Notes under the pieces: model-generated
Database searches by the model: none
What the model was told of the DNA's origin: nothing
Seen by the model: only the letters and a program-made list of their open reading frames with translations
Assembly (NCBI RefSeq): GCF_006345805.1
Contig: NC_043005.1
Coordinates: forward strand, 12,028,001 to 12,092,000
Reading direction: 5' to 3'
Source: Octopus sinensis
Taxonomy: Eukaryota
DNA length: 64,000 bases
Shown here: in pieces, positions 25,347-37,524 of the stretch
Layout of the letters: the number at the start of each line of letters is the position of its first letter
Position numbering within the stretch: the first letter of the stretch is position 1
Made by a program: the position numbers and the translations under genes

Positions 25347-25626
25347 TCCAGCGTCGGCTGCGGGGTCATTCCGAAAAGCTCTACCTGCGACGATTTCATC
25401 TCAATCGAAGGAGAGGAGCTTTCTCCGTCCGGGTTGCGGATCCGTGGAACAAGCTGCCAGACGAGATGGTGAAGATGCCGACGACCGCTTTGTTCAAAGC
25501 CTCCCTGGACCTCAAGTGGCCTGAACTCTTTACATGAACACCACCCTGTACTTAACTCCATGTCCCCCTACATGGCCTTGCTATTTGCTTTTGAGCCAAA
25601 TTAACTAACTAACTAACTAACTAACT
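25347..25626 (+). mobile_element. 3' end of a CR1-clade LINE
   Basis: LRGHSEKLYLRRFHLNRRRGAFSVRVADPWNKLPDEMVKMPTTALFKASLD matches the CR1 ORF2 C-terminal pattern; (TAAC)n tail at ~25602-25626. Confidence 0.85.
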
Positions 25627-26236
25627 CTGGATTTTCACCCCCGTATATTTTGTGAATTCAGAGGGTTTAGATTTGCTATACTAAACCCTTTATTGTTCAT
25701 CGTAGATGGGCCGATTTGCTATTTTACTCTAATGGGCATTACGTTCGTGTGTCAGTCTCTTTGCCCGTTCTCTCTTCACGGCCAGACGTCTGGACAAATG
25801 ATTATTATATTTTTCGGGATTACAAAGACAGTCGTCAGGAAGGTTTTTATCATTAAAAATCAGAAAGTATGATTACTTCGTGGACACCGATTTTTGAATT
25901 GATAAAACCACTCTGGCAATTTTATTAAAAATTCAACGACCACGAGTAACTGGATTTTCATCGTATAGTTCGTGGCCTCCTTGTAGATACGAAGGAGGAC
26001 ACGACGACCGTTATTAGGGAACTTAAGGTGGAAAATGTGTGTGCGATTATTTAGTGGTTATTGAAATGTGTCAGTCTCGAGCAGGATTCGAAACGGCTAA
26101 TCAAAGCAGCTGTTGCTTACATCCCAGTTTTGTCTACCAAAATAACCCATGATAACAGAACATCCAGACATTATTCACACAGAACAGTGAGAGGTAAATC
26201 GTAGGCTGATTTTTATGCAACTCTAAAGATTCCGCT

Positions 26237-26383
26237 CACGCATTCACTGCAAACAAAGCACAGGACCAGACTCTAGATCGTGTAGGTGTATTTTTACTCA
26301 CACCGATGTTTACACACGGCCAGTTATACGTGGCTATGAGTAGAGCAACGGACACCAGTAATTTGAAAATTAATGTTGACTGA
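26237..26383 (+). pseudogene. Helitron RepHel PIF1-family helicase C-terminal remnant (motifs V-VI)
   Basis: HAFTANKAQDQTLDRVGVFLLTPMFTHGQLYVAMSRATDTSNLKINVD*, compared with the family pattern AMTINKSQGQTL..VG..L..PVF.HGQLYVA.SR. Confidence 0.9.
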
Positions 26384-26520
26384 ACAGAAAATATCATCTA
26401 CAAAGTAGCTTGTAATAATATTGATATTATCGAAAGGAATATGATTCATAATTTAAATAAAGAAATTTGTGAACTTCAATGTATAAGTGTATAAACAAGC
26501 GTAAAATAGTGTAAACAATA

Positions 26521-26683
26521 GGCGCAGGAGTGGGTGTGTGGTAGGTAGCTTGCTAACCAACCACATGGTTCCGGGTTAAGTCCCACTGCGTGGCATCTTG
26601 GGCAAGTGTCTTCTGCTATAGCCCCGGGCTGACCAATGCTTTGTGAGTGGATCTGGTAGACGGAAACTAAAAGAAGCCTGTCG

Positions 26684-26722
<39 letters not shown>

Positions 26723-26943
26723 ATGTGTGTGTTTGTGTGTCTGTGTTTGTCCCCCTAGCATTGCTTGACAACCGATGTTGGTGTGTTTATGTCCCCGTTA
26801 CTTAGCGGTTCGGCAAAAGCGACCGATGAATAACTACTTGGCTTACAAAGAATAAGTCCCGGGGTCGATTTGCTCGACTACATGCGGTGCTCCAGCATGG
26901 CCGCAGTCAAATGACTGAAACAAGTAAAAGAGTAAAAGAGTAA
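26521..26943 (+). mobile_element. Family A SINE, full length
   Basis: GGCGCAGGAG head to (GTAAAAGA)n tail. Confidence 0.9.
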
Positions 26944-27344
26944 CAAATATGAAACTGTATCTAAATAGCGATTTTTAAAAAATACTTTTTATGTAGTGGT
27001 CGAAGCAAGCTCTAGCCTTCGTTAGGATTGGTCCATACGACAAATTCATGGTACAGAGGCTGGGAGCCTATTTCAGTTCGGAAGTGAATCGTCATCACAT
27101 GTGACTAAGTCGCAAACACATGTCATATATCTACAATAGAATGCTGTATCACCAAACATAACGTGATATCGCTAAAGCATTACTCATTAATCTATCGAAT
27201 CCATTTCTCAATACACACTGCCTCCATCGTAGATGGGTAGATTTGCTAGTGTACACAATTATATATGTATGTATATATGCATGTATGTATGTATGTATGT
27301 ATGTATGTATGTATGTATGTATGTATGTATGTATGTATGTATGA

Positions 27345-27443
27345 TATTGGCGTAATGGTTATGAGCGCGGGCTACTAACCCCAAGATTTCGAGTTCGATT
27401 CCAGACAGTATCTTAAATATTAATAATAATAATAATAATAATA

Positions 27444-27484
<41 letters not shown>

Positions 27485-27650
27485 TAATAATAATAGCAAC
27501 AGCATTTGAAAAATAACTCAGGAATTAGAACCCAGGTATGAAATTTCCCCCAAGACCCCTGATGAAGGTCGGAAGGTATATTAGCCGAAACGTTGTGTTA
27601 ACAAAGAAAGATGAGGACAAATATCCGTCAAATGTAAATAATGTAAATAA
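27345..27650 (+). mobile_element. Second family E SINE (tRNA head, (AAT)n, hammerhead motif, tail)
   Basis: TGGCGTAATGG...GAGTTCGATTCC; collinear with the reverse complement of ~990-1295. Confidence 0.8.
27554..27599 (+). ncRNA. Minimal type I hammerhead ribozyme motif
   Basis: GACCC CTGATGA A GGTCG-GAAGGTATAT-TAGCC GAAAC GTT GTGTT. Canonical core and AACGTT palindrome; stems I and II partly decayed. Confidence 0.65.
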
Positions 27651-28624
27651 TATATATATATATCAATATATATATGCAATTATCGATGTATACATACATA
27701 CATATATACATACATACATATACATATATATCTGTGCGTGTGTGTATACATATATATACATACATACATACATACATACATACATACACGTACGAATAAA
27801 TATTTGCGGATGAATGAATCTGTACTGGTGTGTATTCATAAATCAGCTTAGGCTAAGAATCTACAGGGTGAAATCAAAGAGATGTCGACGAGTATGGGTG
27901 ATTTACATACTAAACGGATAAGAATGGCAATCAACGCACGCTGTTGCCTGCTGCGCGTGTGTTTGCCGACATAAATATTGGCCTGTCAACGGATGTCTCT
28001 GTATACTGAAAATGCTGATAAACGAATTTTTTTTTATGTGTGTATGTCTATGCTTGGTTATATGTATGAATTCTTTACTTCGTGAATATGTAATGGTCAT
28101 CTAGTGTTAGTTTGAATGTCCGATTGCGTTTTGTGTTTCTCATCTTTTTGTTCTATGCATGATTGTTTTATGGTTCATTTAACGTTTTACATTAACAGCG
28201 TAAAACATATTATTTGATTTACTTATTTATTTTGATACTTTGTAAGTCACTTTATTACTTACACAAGAAGTGTTCTATATTATAATCTAGCTTCGCGTGT
28301 AAACGAGTAGGAAGCAACAACAACCAAAACGTATTCTAATCGAAGTAAATTAAGTAATTTGCACCCATGAAGCGCCGCAACTTTTCGTACAGCATTTTAC
28401 CGGTGAATGATGTGTCGATACGATCGTAGTGAATAATAAAGAGTCTCTTGAATTCCATTGTCTTTTTTTCATGATTTATAAATCCTACGGACACGAAGAG
28501 ATTCTTGAAGTAAAATCCAATGGCATTTACACCCATAGTATTGCTGATATCAAATAGCCGAGTAGTGAACGGGCTTTAAACGGCATACCACCAGTTGTGT
28601 ATACAAATTTAGAATTATTACATA

Positions 28625-28999
28625 CTAGCAGTATCGCCCGGCGTTGCTCGGGTTTGTAAGGGAAATAACTATATAAGCATTTTTAGAGATGTAAAGTATA
28701 ATAGCCATCTCAATATGGCTAACCACAAAGGGGTGGTGTTACTGTAGCTTTTTACGCTCTGAGATTTAATAAAAAATTTTTAGAGAGAGACATCCCTTAT
28801 ATATGCCAAAAATGCATTAAAAATGGGAAAAATTTATGGTAATTTTTTTTTAAATCGTAGACTCATCGTAGACGCGCGCTAATACCCAGAAGGGCTCGAT
28901 ATGAATCACGACTAAAATATACCCGCAAAATGTGGGAGTAGTTAGGAATCTAAATCGGAGGAGACAGACAGCACACAACCTCACTTTTATATATAAAGA
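28625..28999 (-). mobile_element. Non-autonomous Helitron
   Basis: Minus strand A|TC 5' end, GC hairpin CCCGAGCAACGCCGGG and CTAG|T 3' end; paralogue at 35295-35688. Confidence 0.85.
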
Positions 29000-29532
29000 T
29001 ATACATATATACATGCAGTTCGTCGTCGACTTAGGACCCCCATTGGTTCCTATTGACTGGTTGTAAGTCCATTTGGTTGTAAGACGTCCTATATGCCTAC
29101 ATAGCTTTGTTTATATTTTTACATTCTTAAGATCCATCCTCGGGTAAAGAGGTCACGTACAGAAGTCTGTATTATACTATTATACTGGCCCTAGTAAAAA
29201 AATTCGGCTACTCAAACAGTCATCCTATAAAAAATACGAGATTACCTCGATGACCCCGCGAGAGAATATTCATTCCATACAGTGGAGATCGACAACCGAA
29301 CCTTGAAGAAATGTTTGCTACCTGACATCATCCGTAGATGGGTTAATTTCTACGGAATTAAACCCATTAAATTTCAACTGCACTATTTATTATTGCTGCC
29401 GGAGAGTGGCGCGCCATTCGTCGTAGAGTCAATCGGTCGCATGTCGGACAGGTCGTTAGTCAACGATGACCCGTTTGATATATCTATATATATATATATA
29501 ATATATATATATATAAATATATGAATATATAT

Positions 29533-29581
<49 letters not shown>

Positions 29582-29907
29582 ATATATAAATACACACGCA
29601 CGCACAGATATATATGCATATTATACATACAAACATACACCTGGGACCTTGATGACTGCTTTAATGCAAGAAAGTATACTAGTCCCTTAATATTTTATAT
29701 TCAATATTTCATCTATTCAATAAGAGAATCAATGCTTCATTTCATTTTACTATATATATATTATTTATACTATATATTCTATATTCTACATTAATATTAT
29801 GAAAATATAAATAAAACATAAAAAAGAGACACAGTTGGAATTTCTTTGAATAATATATATCCCTCTATACACAATCATAGAAAACCCCTATATATATGTG
29901 TGTGTGG

Positions 29908-29942
<35 letters not shown>

Positions 29943-29955
29943 GTGTATGTGACCT

Positions 29956-30447
29956 CCTTCGGTCATGAATGACCATGGAATTGCACCTAGAAAGTTACCC
30001 TCCGAGGTACAAGTCTGGACAAGGTTGTTTATGGAAGACCAACAGTCGCCCACGCACACCAGCCTCCCCTCTCCACGCCACCGATGTTATCCAATGGAAA
30101 AGCAAAGGCCGATACAGCTTGGCGCCAGTGATATCGCAGCTCATTTATTAACGTCCAAGTGGTTGAGCACTCCACAGACACGTGTACCCTTAACGTAGTT
30201 CTCGGGGAGATTCAGCGTAACACAGAGTGTGACAAGGCTGGGCCTTTGAAATACAGGTACAACAGAAACAGGAAGAAAGAGTGAGAGAAAGTTGTGGTGA
30301 AAGAGTACAGCAGGGTTCACCCCCCCCCCCTGCCGGAGCCTCGTAGAGCTTTAGGAGTTTTCGCTCAATAAACACTCACAATGACCGGTCTTGGAATCGA
30401 AACCGTGATCCTACGACCGCGAGTCCTCTGCCCTACCCACTGGGACA
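29956..30447 (-). mobile_element. Chimeric SINE: family C head and body joined to a T3-type tail
   Basis: 30147-30447 matches family C; 29956-30146 matches the tail of 14990-15123. Confidence 0.75.
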
Positions 30448-30494
30448 TATATATATGTATATATATATATTATATATATATATATATAATATAT

Positions 30495-30526
<32 letters not shown>

Positions 30527-30561
30527 ATTATATATTATTATATATATTTATATATGATATA

Positions 30562-30592
<31 letters not shown>

Positions 30593-30607
30593 ATGTATAT
30601 ATATATG

Positions 30608-30657
<50 letters not shown>

Positions 30658-31573
30658 CATATATATGTACTATATTATATATATATATATTTATATATGT
30701 ATATATATATATATGTATATATATATATCATATATATATATATTTATGCTTGTGCATGCATGTATATGCGCTTTGAGAGAGATGTACATATATGTACAAT
30801 ACACACATTCATATAATGTGTGTAGCCAATTACACAATTCGTTTCACACCAGTATCCAGGAATTTTAACAGAACGATCTTTAGTATATTATTTCTTAGCC
30901 GTTATTTTTTTATGCTATAATTGAAAAGATGACGGTATGTCATGCTATCTGTAACTATATCTTGTGTTTCGCAAGTACACCTGAGAAAATGAAAGTACTA
31001 TGTTTCACATCAGCTTAACACAAAAGACGTTTAAGAACATTCAATAGAAACATATTAATTATTTCAACACCGTCATATAAAAAAAAAAGAAAATAGTACT
31101 TCATTGTTTTCGTAAGAAATATAGAAAACAATGTCCCAGATGAGTCTGGTAATGTTGCATGGTCTATCATTATTTCTGCTATCTCTTTTCAGGTCAGCAG
31201 AAATAAGTCCAGTTGCACACAAATCGGGTGACAGATTACATATATTGACTTTCATCTACGACATCTACGTCATAATCCGTTGAAAATCGCTAGAATGCAG
31301 GCAATTACAGTGATAACATGGTACGTTCGTGCCAACAGGAATCCTACTTACATATATACACACGTATATTGTTTTATTCCTTTACTTGTTTCAGTCATAT
31401 GACTGCTGCACTATATTATAGTATATATATATTATATATTATATATATATTATAATATATATTATATAATATATATATTATGTATAATATATATATATAT
31501 ATATATATATTAATATATTATATAGAGAGAGAGAGAGATATTGTAATATATATAATATATATATATATCATAT

Positions 31574-31620
<47 letters not shown>

Positions 31621-31626
<6 letters not shown>

Positions 31627-32490
31627 CAACAATTGAGGGTAAAATTAATTAATTATTAATCAATTTCACCAAGTATTCAGTATGCAAGGGACCATTTAAG
31701 GCGAATTCAAATTATTACATTATATAAAAGGGCTTAGTAAAATAAATTACTTTGCCACATACTGAACTCATTAGAAATAGTAGCTAAAAAAACTTTTTTA
31801 AAACTATTTCTAATACTTAAAGAAAATCTCTCTCATATAGTGTTTGCTCAATTCAACTCACGAAAGTATGGGGGTAAGACATTAAAAAATCAAATGCAAC
31901 GGTTTTTGAGAACGTACGTTTCTAGATTAGTCAACTCGACATTTCTATCATCAGCTCAGAACTCCTTGGTTTGGATTTGAAAACACTGAAAGTGGGAGCA
32001 TACCCTTTCGGCTTCTTATCGCTTCTGAAGATCTGCTCGAAACTAACAGTGCCAGCAAACTCAAAATATGCAAGCGAAGAATTTCTGCTCTCCCCTTTCC
32101 ACCAGCGTGGGTTAAAATCAGTAAACACTATGCTTTTTCGGTAAAATCCGAAGCATTAAATAGAGAGAGATGAATTATAATTTCAACAATTGAGGGTAAA
32201 ATTAATTAATTATTAATCAATTTCACCAAGTATTCAGTATGCAAAGGGACCATTTAAGGCGAATTCAAATTATTACACTAATCTAGAAACGTACGTTCTC
32301 AAATAACCTTTGCATTTGATTTTTTAATGTCTTTACCCCCATACTTTCGTGAATTGAATTGAGCAAACACTATATGAGAGAGATTTTCTTTAAGTATTAG
32401 AAATAGTTTTTAAAAAGTTTTTTTAGCTACTATTTCTAATGAGTTCAGTATGTGGCAAAGTAATTTATTTTACTAAGCCCTTTTATATAA
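31621..32490 (-). mobile_element. Penelope-like non-autonomous insertion: ~556-bp unit, partial tandem copy and 5' inversion
   Basis: Block A is directly repeated (31621-31719, 32177-32277); block B (31720-31930) is inverted at 32278-32490; HHR at 31907-31958; (TA)n on both flanks. Confidence 0.75.
31907..31958 (-). ncRNA. Minimal type I hammerhead ribozyme motif with canonical core
   Basis: TGAG CTGATGA TAGA-AATGTCGAGTTGACTAA-TCTA GAA ACGTACGT T CTCA. Stem I 4 bp, stem II 4 bp plus inner GTC/GAC, 8-nt palindromic stem III, GUU cleavage triplet. Confidence 0.8.
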
Positions 32491-32539
32491 TATATATATA
32501 TATATATATATATCTATATATATATATTTTTTTTTTTTT

Positions 32540-32890
32540 TTTCATTTGTTTTCAGTCATTTGAGTGCGGCCAGAAATTATTCTTTGTAAGTCAAGTACTT
32601 ATTCTATCGGTCTCTTTTACAGAACCGCTAGTTTACGAGGACGTAAACACACCAGCATCGGTTGTCAAGAGATGTTGGGGGGACAAACACAGAGACACAA
32701 ACACGAAACGCGCGCCCACACATATTTATATACGACGGGCTTCTTTCAGATCCCGTCTACCAAATCCACTCACAAATCTTTGGTCGGTCCGAGACTATAG
32801 TAGAAGACAATTGCCCAAGTTTCCACGCATTGGAACTGAAACCAGATCCATGTGGTTGCAAAGCAAGCTACTTACCACACAGCCACTCAT
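32540..32890 (-). mobile_element. Degenerate family A SINE
   Basis: Collinear with the intact copies, with a deletion and more substitutions. Confidence 0.75.
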
Positions 32891-33258
32891 ATATATATAT
32901 ATGTCTGTATGAGTTAGAATTTAAGCAGCCGTCTAAGGGACACTAAATATCCAACTGGATGTATACCTACGTATTTATATCCAGGTTCTTCAGGGCAATA
33001 TCGCATTTGAGTACTAGGTAAATCAGAAATTTACCCAGGATTTCTAAGGTAAATAAGACAATAGAGAAGATAGATAATCGGGAAAACATCATCCTGTAAA
33101 CATTCAATTATATATATTTAATACACAGACACACAGACACGCATATATATATTAGAAATATTATATTTCTAAATCTTTCAGAGAGATTATACAATAGCAG
33201 CACGATAAAGTGATGGGTTGTGGGCAAATTAATGTGGCAGTCCCACAGATATAAATAT

Positions 33259-33316
<58 letters not shown>

Positions 33317-33871
33317 GCTTAATCATATCAAATATATGATATGATTAAGCATCATAACTTTTTGGATGATTTTCGGTTAAAATTGGCGGTTTGTTTTGGC
33401 TGTCGATAGGACTGCGATTGCGCAGAGAAATTTTGAAAAGTTACTTCGTGTAGTCAGCAGGCAGATAGCGGTTCCCTGTCTTCTGTCTTACATGTTTTAA
33501 CCCCAGGTTGGCCCTCGTTGAGAAAGATCAGACCATGTGAGTTCCTATGACTCGCTAAAAGAAGATCAGAAACCAATATTGGTCCGGGGTAATAAATGGT
33601 AAATGTTTTTCATTTTCAAATTTTTGTTCCTGTCGAATCTTATCCATTATTTTTGTGGCTCTCTAATGCGCTGAATCTTCACCCTAGGTCTAGATTGCTT
33701 ATGTGTATAATATATATATATATATTTATATATAGATCAATAAATGGTGGGGTTGTGTTGACCGCACGTGGAGAAATGATAAGCAAGGAAATATTGTAAA
33801 AATGCAGAATGCTAAATTGGAAGAAAATTTTAATGAAATGAGAAATTGATAAAATATATAAATATATATTA

Positions 33872-33911
33872 ATTCAAATCGGTTTTCGTCATAATGTGAC
33901 TTTTCAAGAAT
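33872..33911 (-). ncRNA. Hammerhead motif with U3-A8 variant core
   Basis: ATTC TTGAAAA GTC-ACATTAT-GAC GAA AACCGATT T GAAT. Stem I ATTC/GAAT, stem II G-C closed, stem III one mismatch from the palindrome AACCGGTT. Confidence 0.55.
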
Positions 33912-35294
33912 TGTAAGGTAAAAAGATTTTTAAAAGTGAGAAAGGGGAAAAAAGAAAACTGCATTGTTTTTTGCAAAAGAATAATAATAAATATGTACAA
34001 AAATTAAAAAATAAGTACTCCGATACATTGTGAATTCTTTGTGTATCTTGAGTTTAATGATTGTTCACGAAAAAATTACCTTGAAGTATTAGGATCCAAT
34101 GGGATTAAAACCATGTGTTGTTTAGTTTAATTAAGGGTGTTGGCAAAACAGGAAGTAGTAGTAATTGTGGTTCTTCAGTTCCTGTGTTGTGAATAAGGGG
34201 ATACAACTCTTTTGAGCTCTTCAATTTGTGTTTATCAATTTTTTGTAATAAAGGGTGTTAATAAACCTTAAATTATGAAATTATCATTTTAGCTTCATTT
34301 GCATTATCTTTTTTATATAATTGTTTGTTAATTTAACATTCAGATTTTAACACTTTATTTATATTATGTTCTAATTATATAAATATGCATAAACCAATTT
34401 ATAATTACATTTCAGATTGTTATGTTATATATATATTTATATATATATATATATATATATATGTGCGCGCGCGCGCGTGTGTGTGTATGTATGTATGTAT
34501 GAATGTATGCATGTATGTATGTATATAAGTGACAAACATGTATAAGTGTGAATTCATTACGGCCGTTTAGAGCGACTCCCTTAACTGATCAATAAAAGCA
34601 TTACATCATTGCGAAGAAAACCCGTTCTCATCAGATGACCGCATAGACTTCAAGACTAAAGGACAAGTTAGATATTTAAACATATTCATATCATCATTTG
34701 AGATCAAGTATTCACAATGATTTCGCTGCTAATTTTTTTCCCGCAACGTGTGCAAATAAGTTCATCTTAACAAGGTGCCTCAATTTAAGTACCTAATACA
34801 ACTGAATGTAAATTATATATATATATATGTATGTATACAAAGAATGACATATAGAAATACAGCTAGATAGATAGATAGGCAGCCCATAGAAGATTAGTGG
34901 TTTTTGTTACTACGTACACACACATAGATATGTGCAGATGCATGTCTACTTATGTATATACATATATATATATATATCGTTGTGTGTGTATGTGTGTATG
35001 GGTATGTGTGTATTCGTGTGTGCTTGTGTGTGAGTGTCTATGTGTTTGTGTGTCTGAAAATTTGTATGATAAAGCTGGATAAACAGGTGAAATTTAGTGA
35101 CTGAATATTTCCGTTTCTGGATTCCATTTCCTCCACCTACACCTCATGCCCAAGCGCAACACATGTCGAGTGTTTGTGACTGTAACCGGTCTGCATATCT
35201 AAATGAATAATGTTTATATTTATTAAAGTAATAACGGCCACGACATTCTACATCGTTTGCTAAAATTCACAGATATCAGAATCTAAACATTTAA

Positions 35295-35688
35295 TCTTTA
35301 CATATAAAAGTGAGGTTGTGTGCTGTCTGTCTCCTACGATCTAGATTCCTAACTACTCCCACATTTTGCGGTGCAGTTTAACCAAAACCGGGTATCTTAT
35401 AGTCGTGATTCATATCGAGCCCTTCTGTGTATTAGCGCGCGTCTACAATGAGTCTACGATTTTAAAACAAATTTACCATCAATCTTTACATTTTTAATGC
35501 ATTTTTGGCACATATAAGGGAAGGAACTCTCTAAAAATGTATTATTAAATCTCAGAACGTAAAAAGCTATAGTAACACCCCCCTTTGTGGTTAGCCATAT
35601 TGAGATGGCTATTATACTTTACATCTCTAAAAATGCTTATATAGTTACTTCCCTTACAAACCCGAGCAACGCCGGGCGATACTGCTAG
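35295..35688 (+). mobile_element. Non-autonomous Helitron
   Basis: A|TCTTTACATATAAAAG 5' end; CCCGAGCAACGCCGGG hairpin; CTAG|T at 35685-35689. Confidence 0.85.
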
Positions 35689-36835
35689 TATTTATTAAAG
35701 TAATAACGGCCTCGACATTCTACTTCATTTGCTAAAATTCATTGATATCAGAATCTAAACATTTAATTGTAGATAAAGGCACACATTCGCACACGGTCGT
35801 TTACGCGCACGCCTACATTCATGCACAGACTCAATGACACACACCGTACACAAAAGCAATTAATAATGCAACATGAGTCGTTTAAATAATATAGGAACTT
35901 TGTAAAACGATTGCTTTGGAATGGCTGCTTTTACGATAAGAACCTGCAACACATCTGAAGATTAGCTTGGTTTTGAACTTTAATATTTTCCGCATATAGC
36001 AAATTACTGGAAACATTCGAAATATTCAAATTAGTTAGAAACCTGTTGTAGAAAACCATCTTCCAGCCATCTTCAAAAGGAATTTGCAACAATCCTCTAA
36101 CAACATTTTGTGCAATAATATGAAAGCAATAACATTTACAAAATACTCATTCATACCCTGTAGTTTAAATACTACACTAATTTGTATAATAAAGCACCAA
36201 CAAAAATATTAAACTCCATTAACTTAGAAGTGAAGGAGATAGTATTTACTTTCAATATAGCCGATGGAGTTGAAGTTTTACCTCAATGGAAATCATATAT
36301 CACATTTTAGAATCACAAAACTAATTTTCTAATTTACCCTTTGAGGAAACTCACCAATCCACACGAAGTCAATTAAGCAATTTCAGCAGAAATGTTAGAT
36401 ACAGTCGTCACCAAACGTAAAGAAACTTCTGTTTTAACTTTCCGGAACAAGAGTTATAAATCACTACAACACAAATAATAAACAAGAATGCCAACTAATC
36501 TTGACATAGATATTCTAAAGTTCAGTCACGAAGGTATTACTCAACGCGGCATTAACATTGACCAGAAACTACAACTGAATTGTTAAATTGAAAATGCTTA
36601 TGCACGGTAAAACAAAACGAAAAAGAAAGAAAGAAAGAAGCGTAGTCATAAGATAACTACTTTGGAATTAAGAAAGTTGGCAATTCTTCCTTTCACGTCA
36701 TTATAGATATAAGCGTCTCGGCTGAAATAAATGAGTTAATCTGCTGTGGATAATATAGTTAATAAACACTAATCTTAACATCGTAATCAATTATGTGTAC
36801 CATGATTATAGTGCTTCAATATTACGTAGACTAAG

Positions 36836-37162
36836 GCGGAAAGATAGCAGAAATGTTGGCACACCGGGCGAAATGCTTAGCGGTATTTCGTCTGCCGTTG
36901 CGTTCTGAGTTCAAATTCCGCCGAGGTCGACTTTGCCTTTCATCCTTTCGGGGTCGATTAAATAAGAACCAGTTATACACTGGGGTCGATATAATCGACT
37001 TAATCCGTTTGTCTGTCCTTGTTTGTCCCCTCTGTGTGTAGCCCCTTGTGGGCAGTAAAGAAATAGGTATTTCGTCTGTCTTATTAAGTACCAGTTGCTT
37101 ACTGGGGTCGATCTAATCGACTGGCATCCTCCCCCAAAATTTCGGGCCTTGTGCCTAAAGAA
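36836..37162 (+). mobile_element. Family B SINE: full copy plus a partial second unit
   Basis: Same architecture as 11478-11845; junction GAAATAGGTATTTC at 37060-37073. Confidence 0.8.
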
Positions 37163-37524
37163 TCTTCCGTAGTCTGACAAACCAAATTGACAGGCTTATG
37201 AAATCTCTAATGATATTTAGAGCTTTGATCCTAAAATACGCAGTCCACAAAAATATGAAAAGTGTTTAGATACTTGTAACCGCCGTATAGAGAAACAAGT
37301 AGGACTGTAAAGTAAATCTATATGAATGTTAACAATTATGATATTTCACTATCTTCTCTACTATAAAGTATCACTATCATGCTAACATCTCGAACCATAG
37401 AAACTCTCTAAAGAACATGAATCTTCCTTGCATCAAAATTTTACCATAGTGATTCTTCAAGTATGAGACAATAAGATTTAAAATTGTAATGGTTATAGCA
37501 GTATAATCTTGTTGAGAATTAAGC

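Larger units (their letters stand above)
25110..27249 (+). mobile_element. Degenerate Helitron region with a PIF1 helicase remnant, interrupted by a CR1 fragment and a family A SINE
   Basis: PIF1 motifs at 26237-26383; hairpin CCATC-GTA-GATGG (27224-27236) followed by CTAG|T (27246-27250); diverged repeated units at ~25120-25340 and ~25730-25960. The left boundary is uncertain. Confidence 0.55.
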
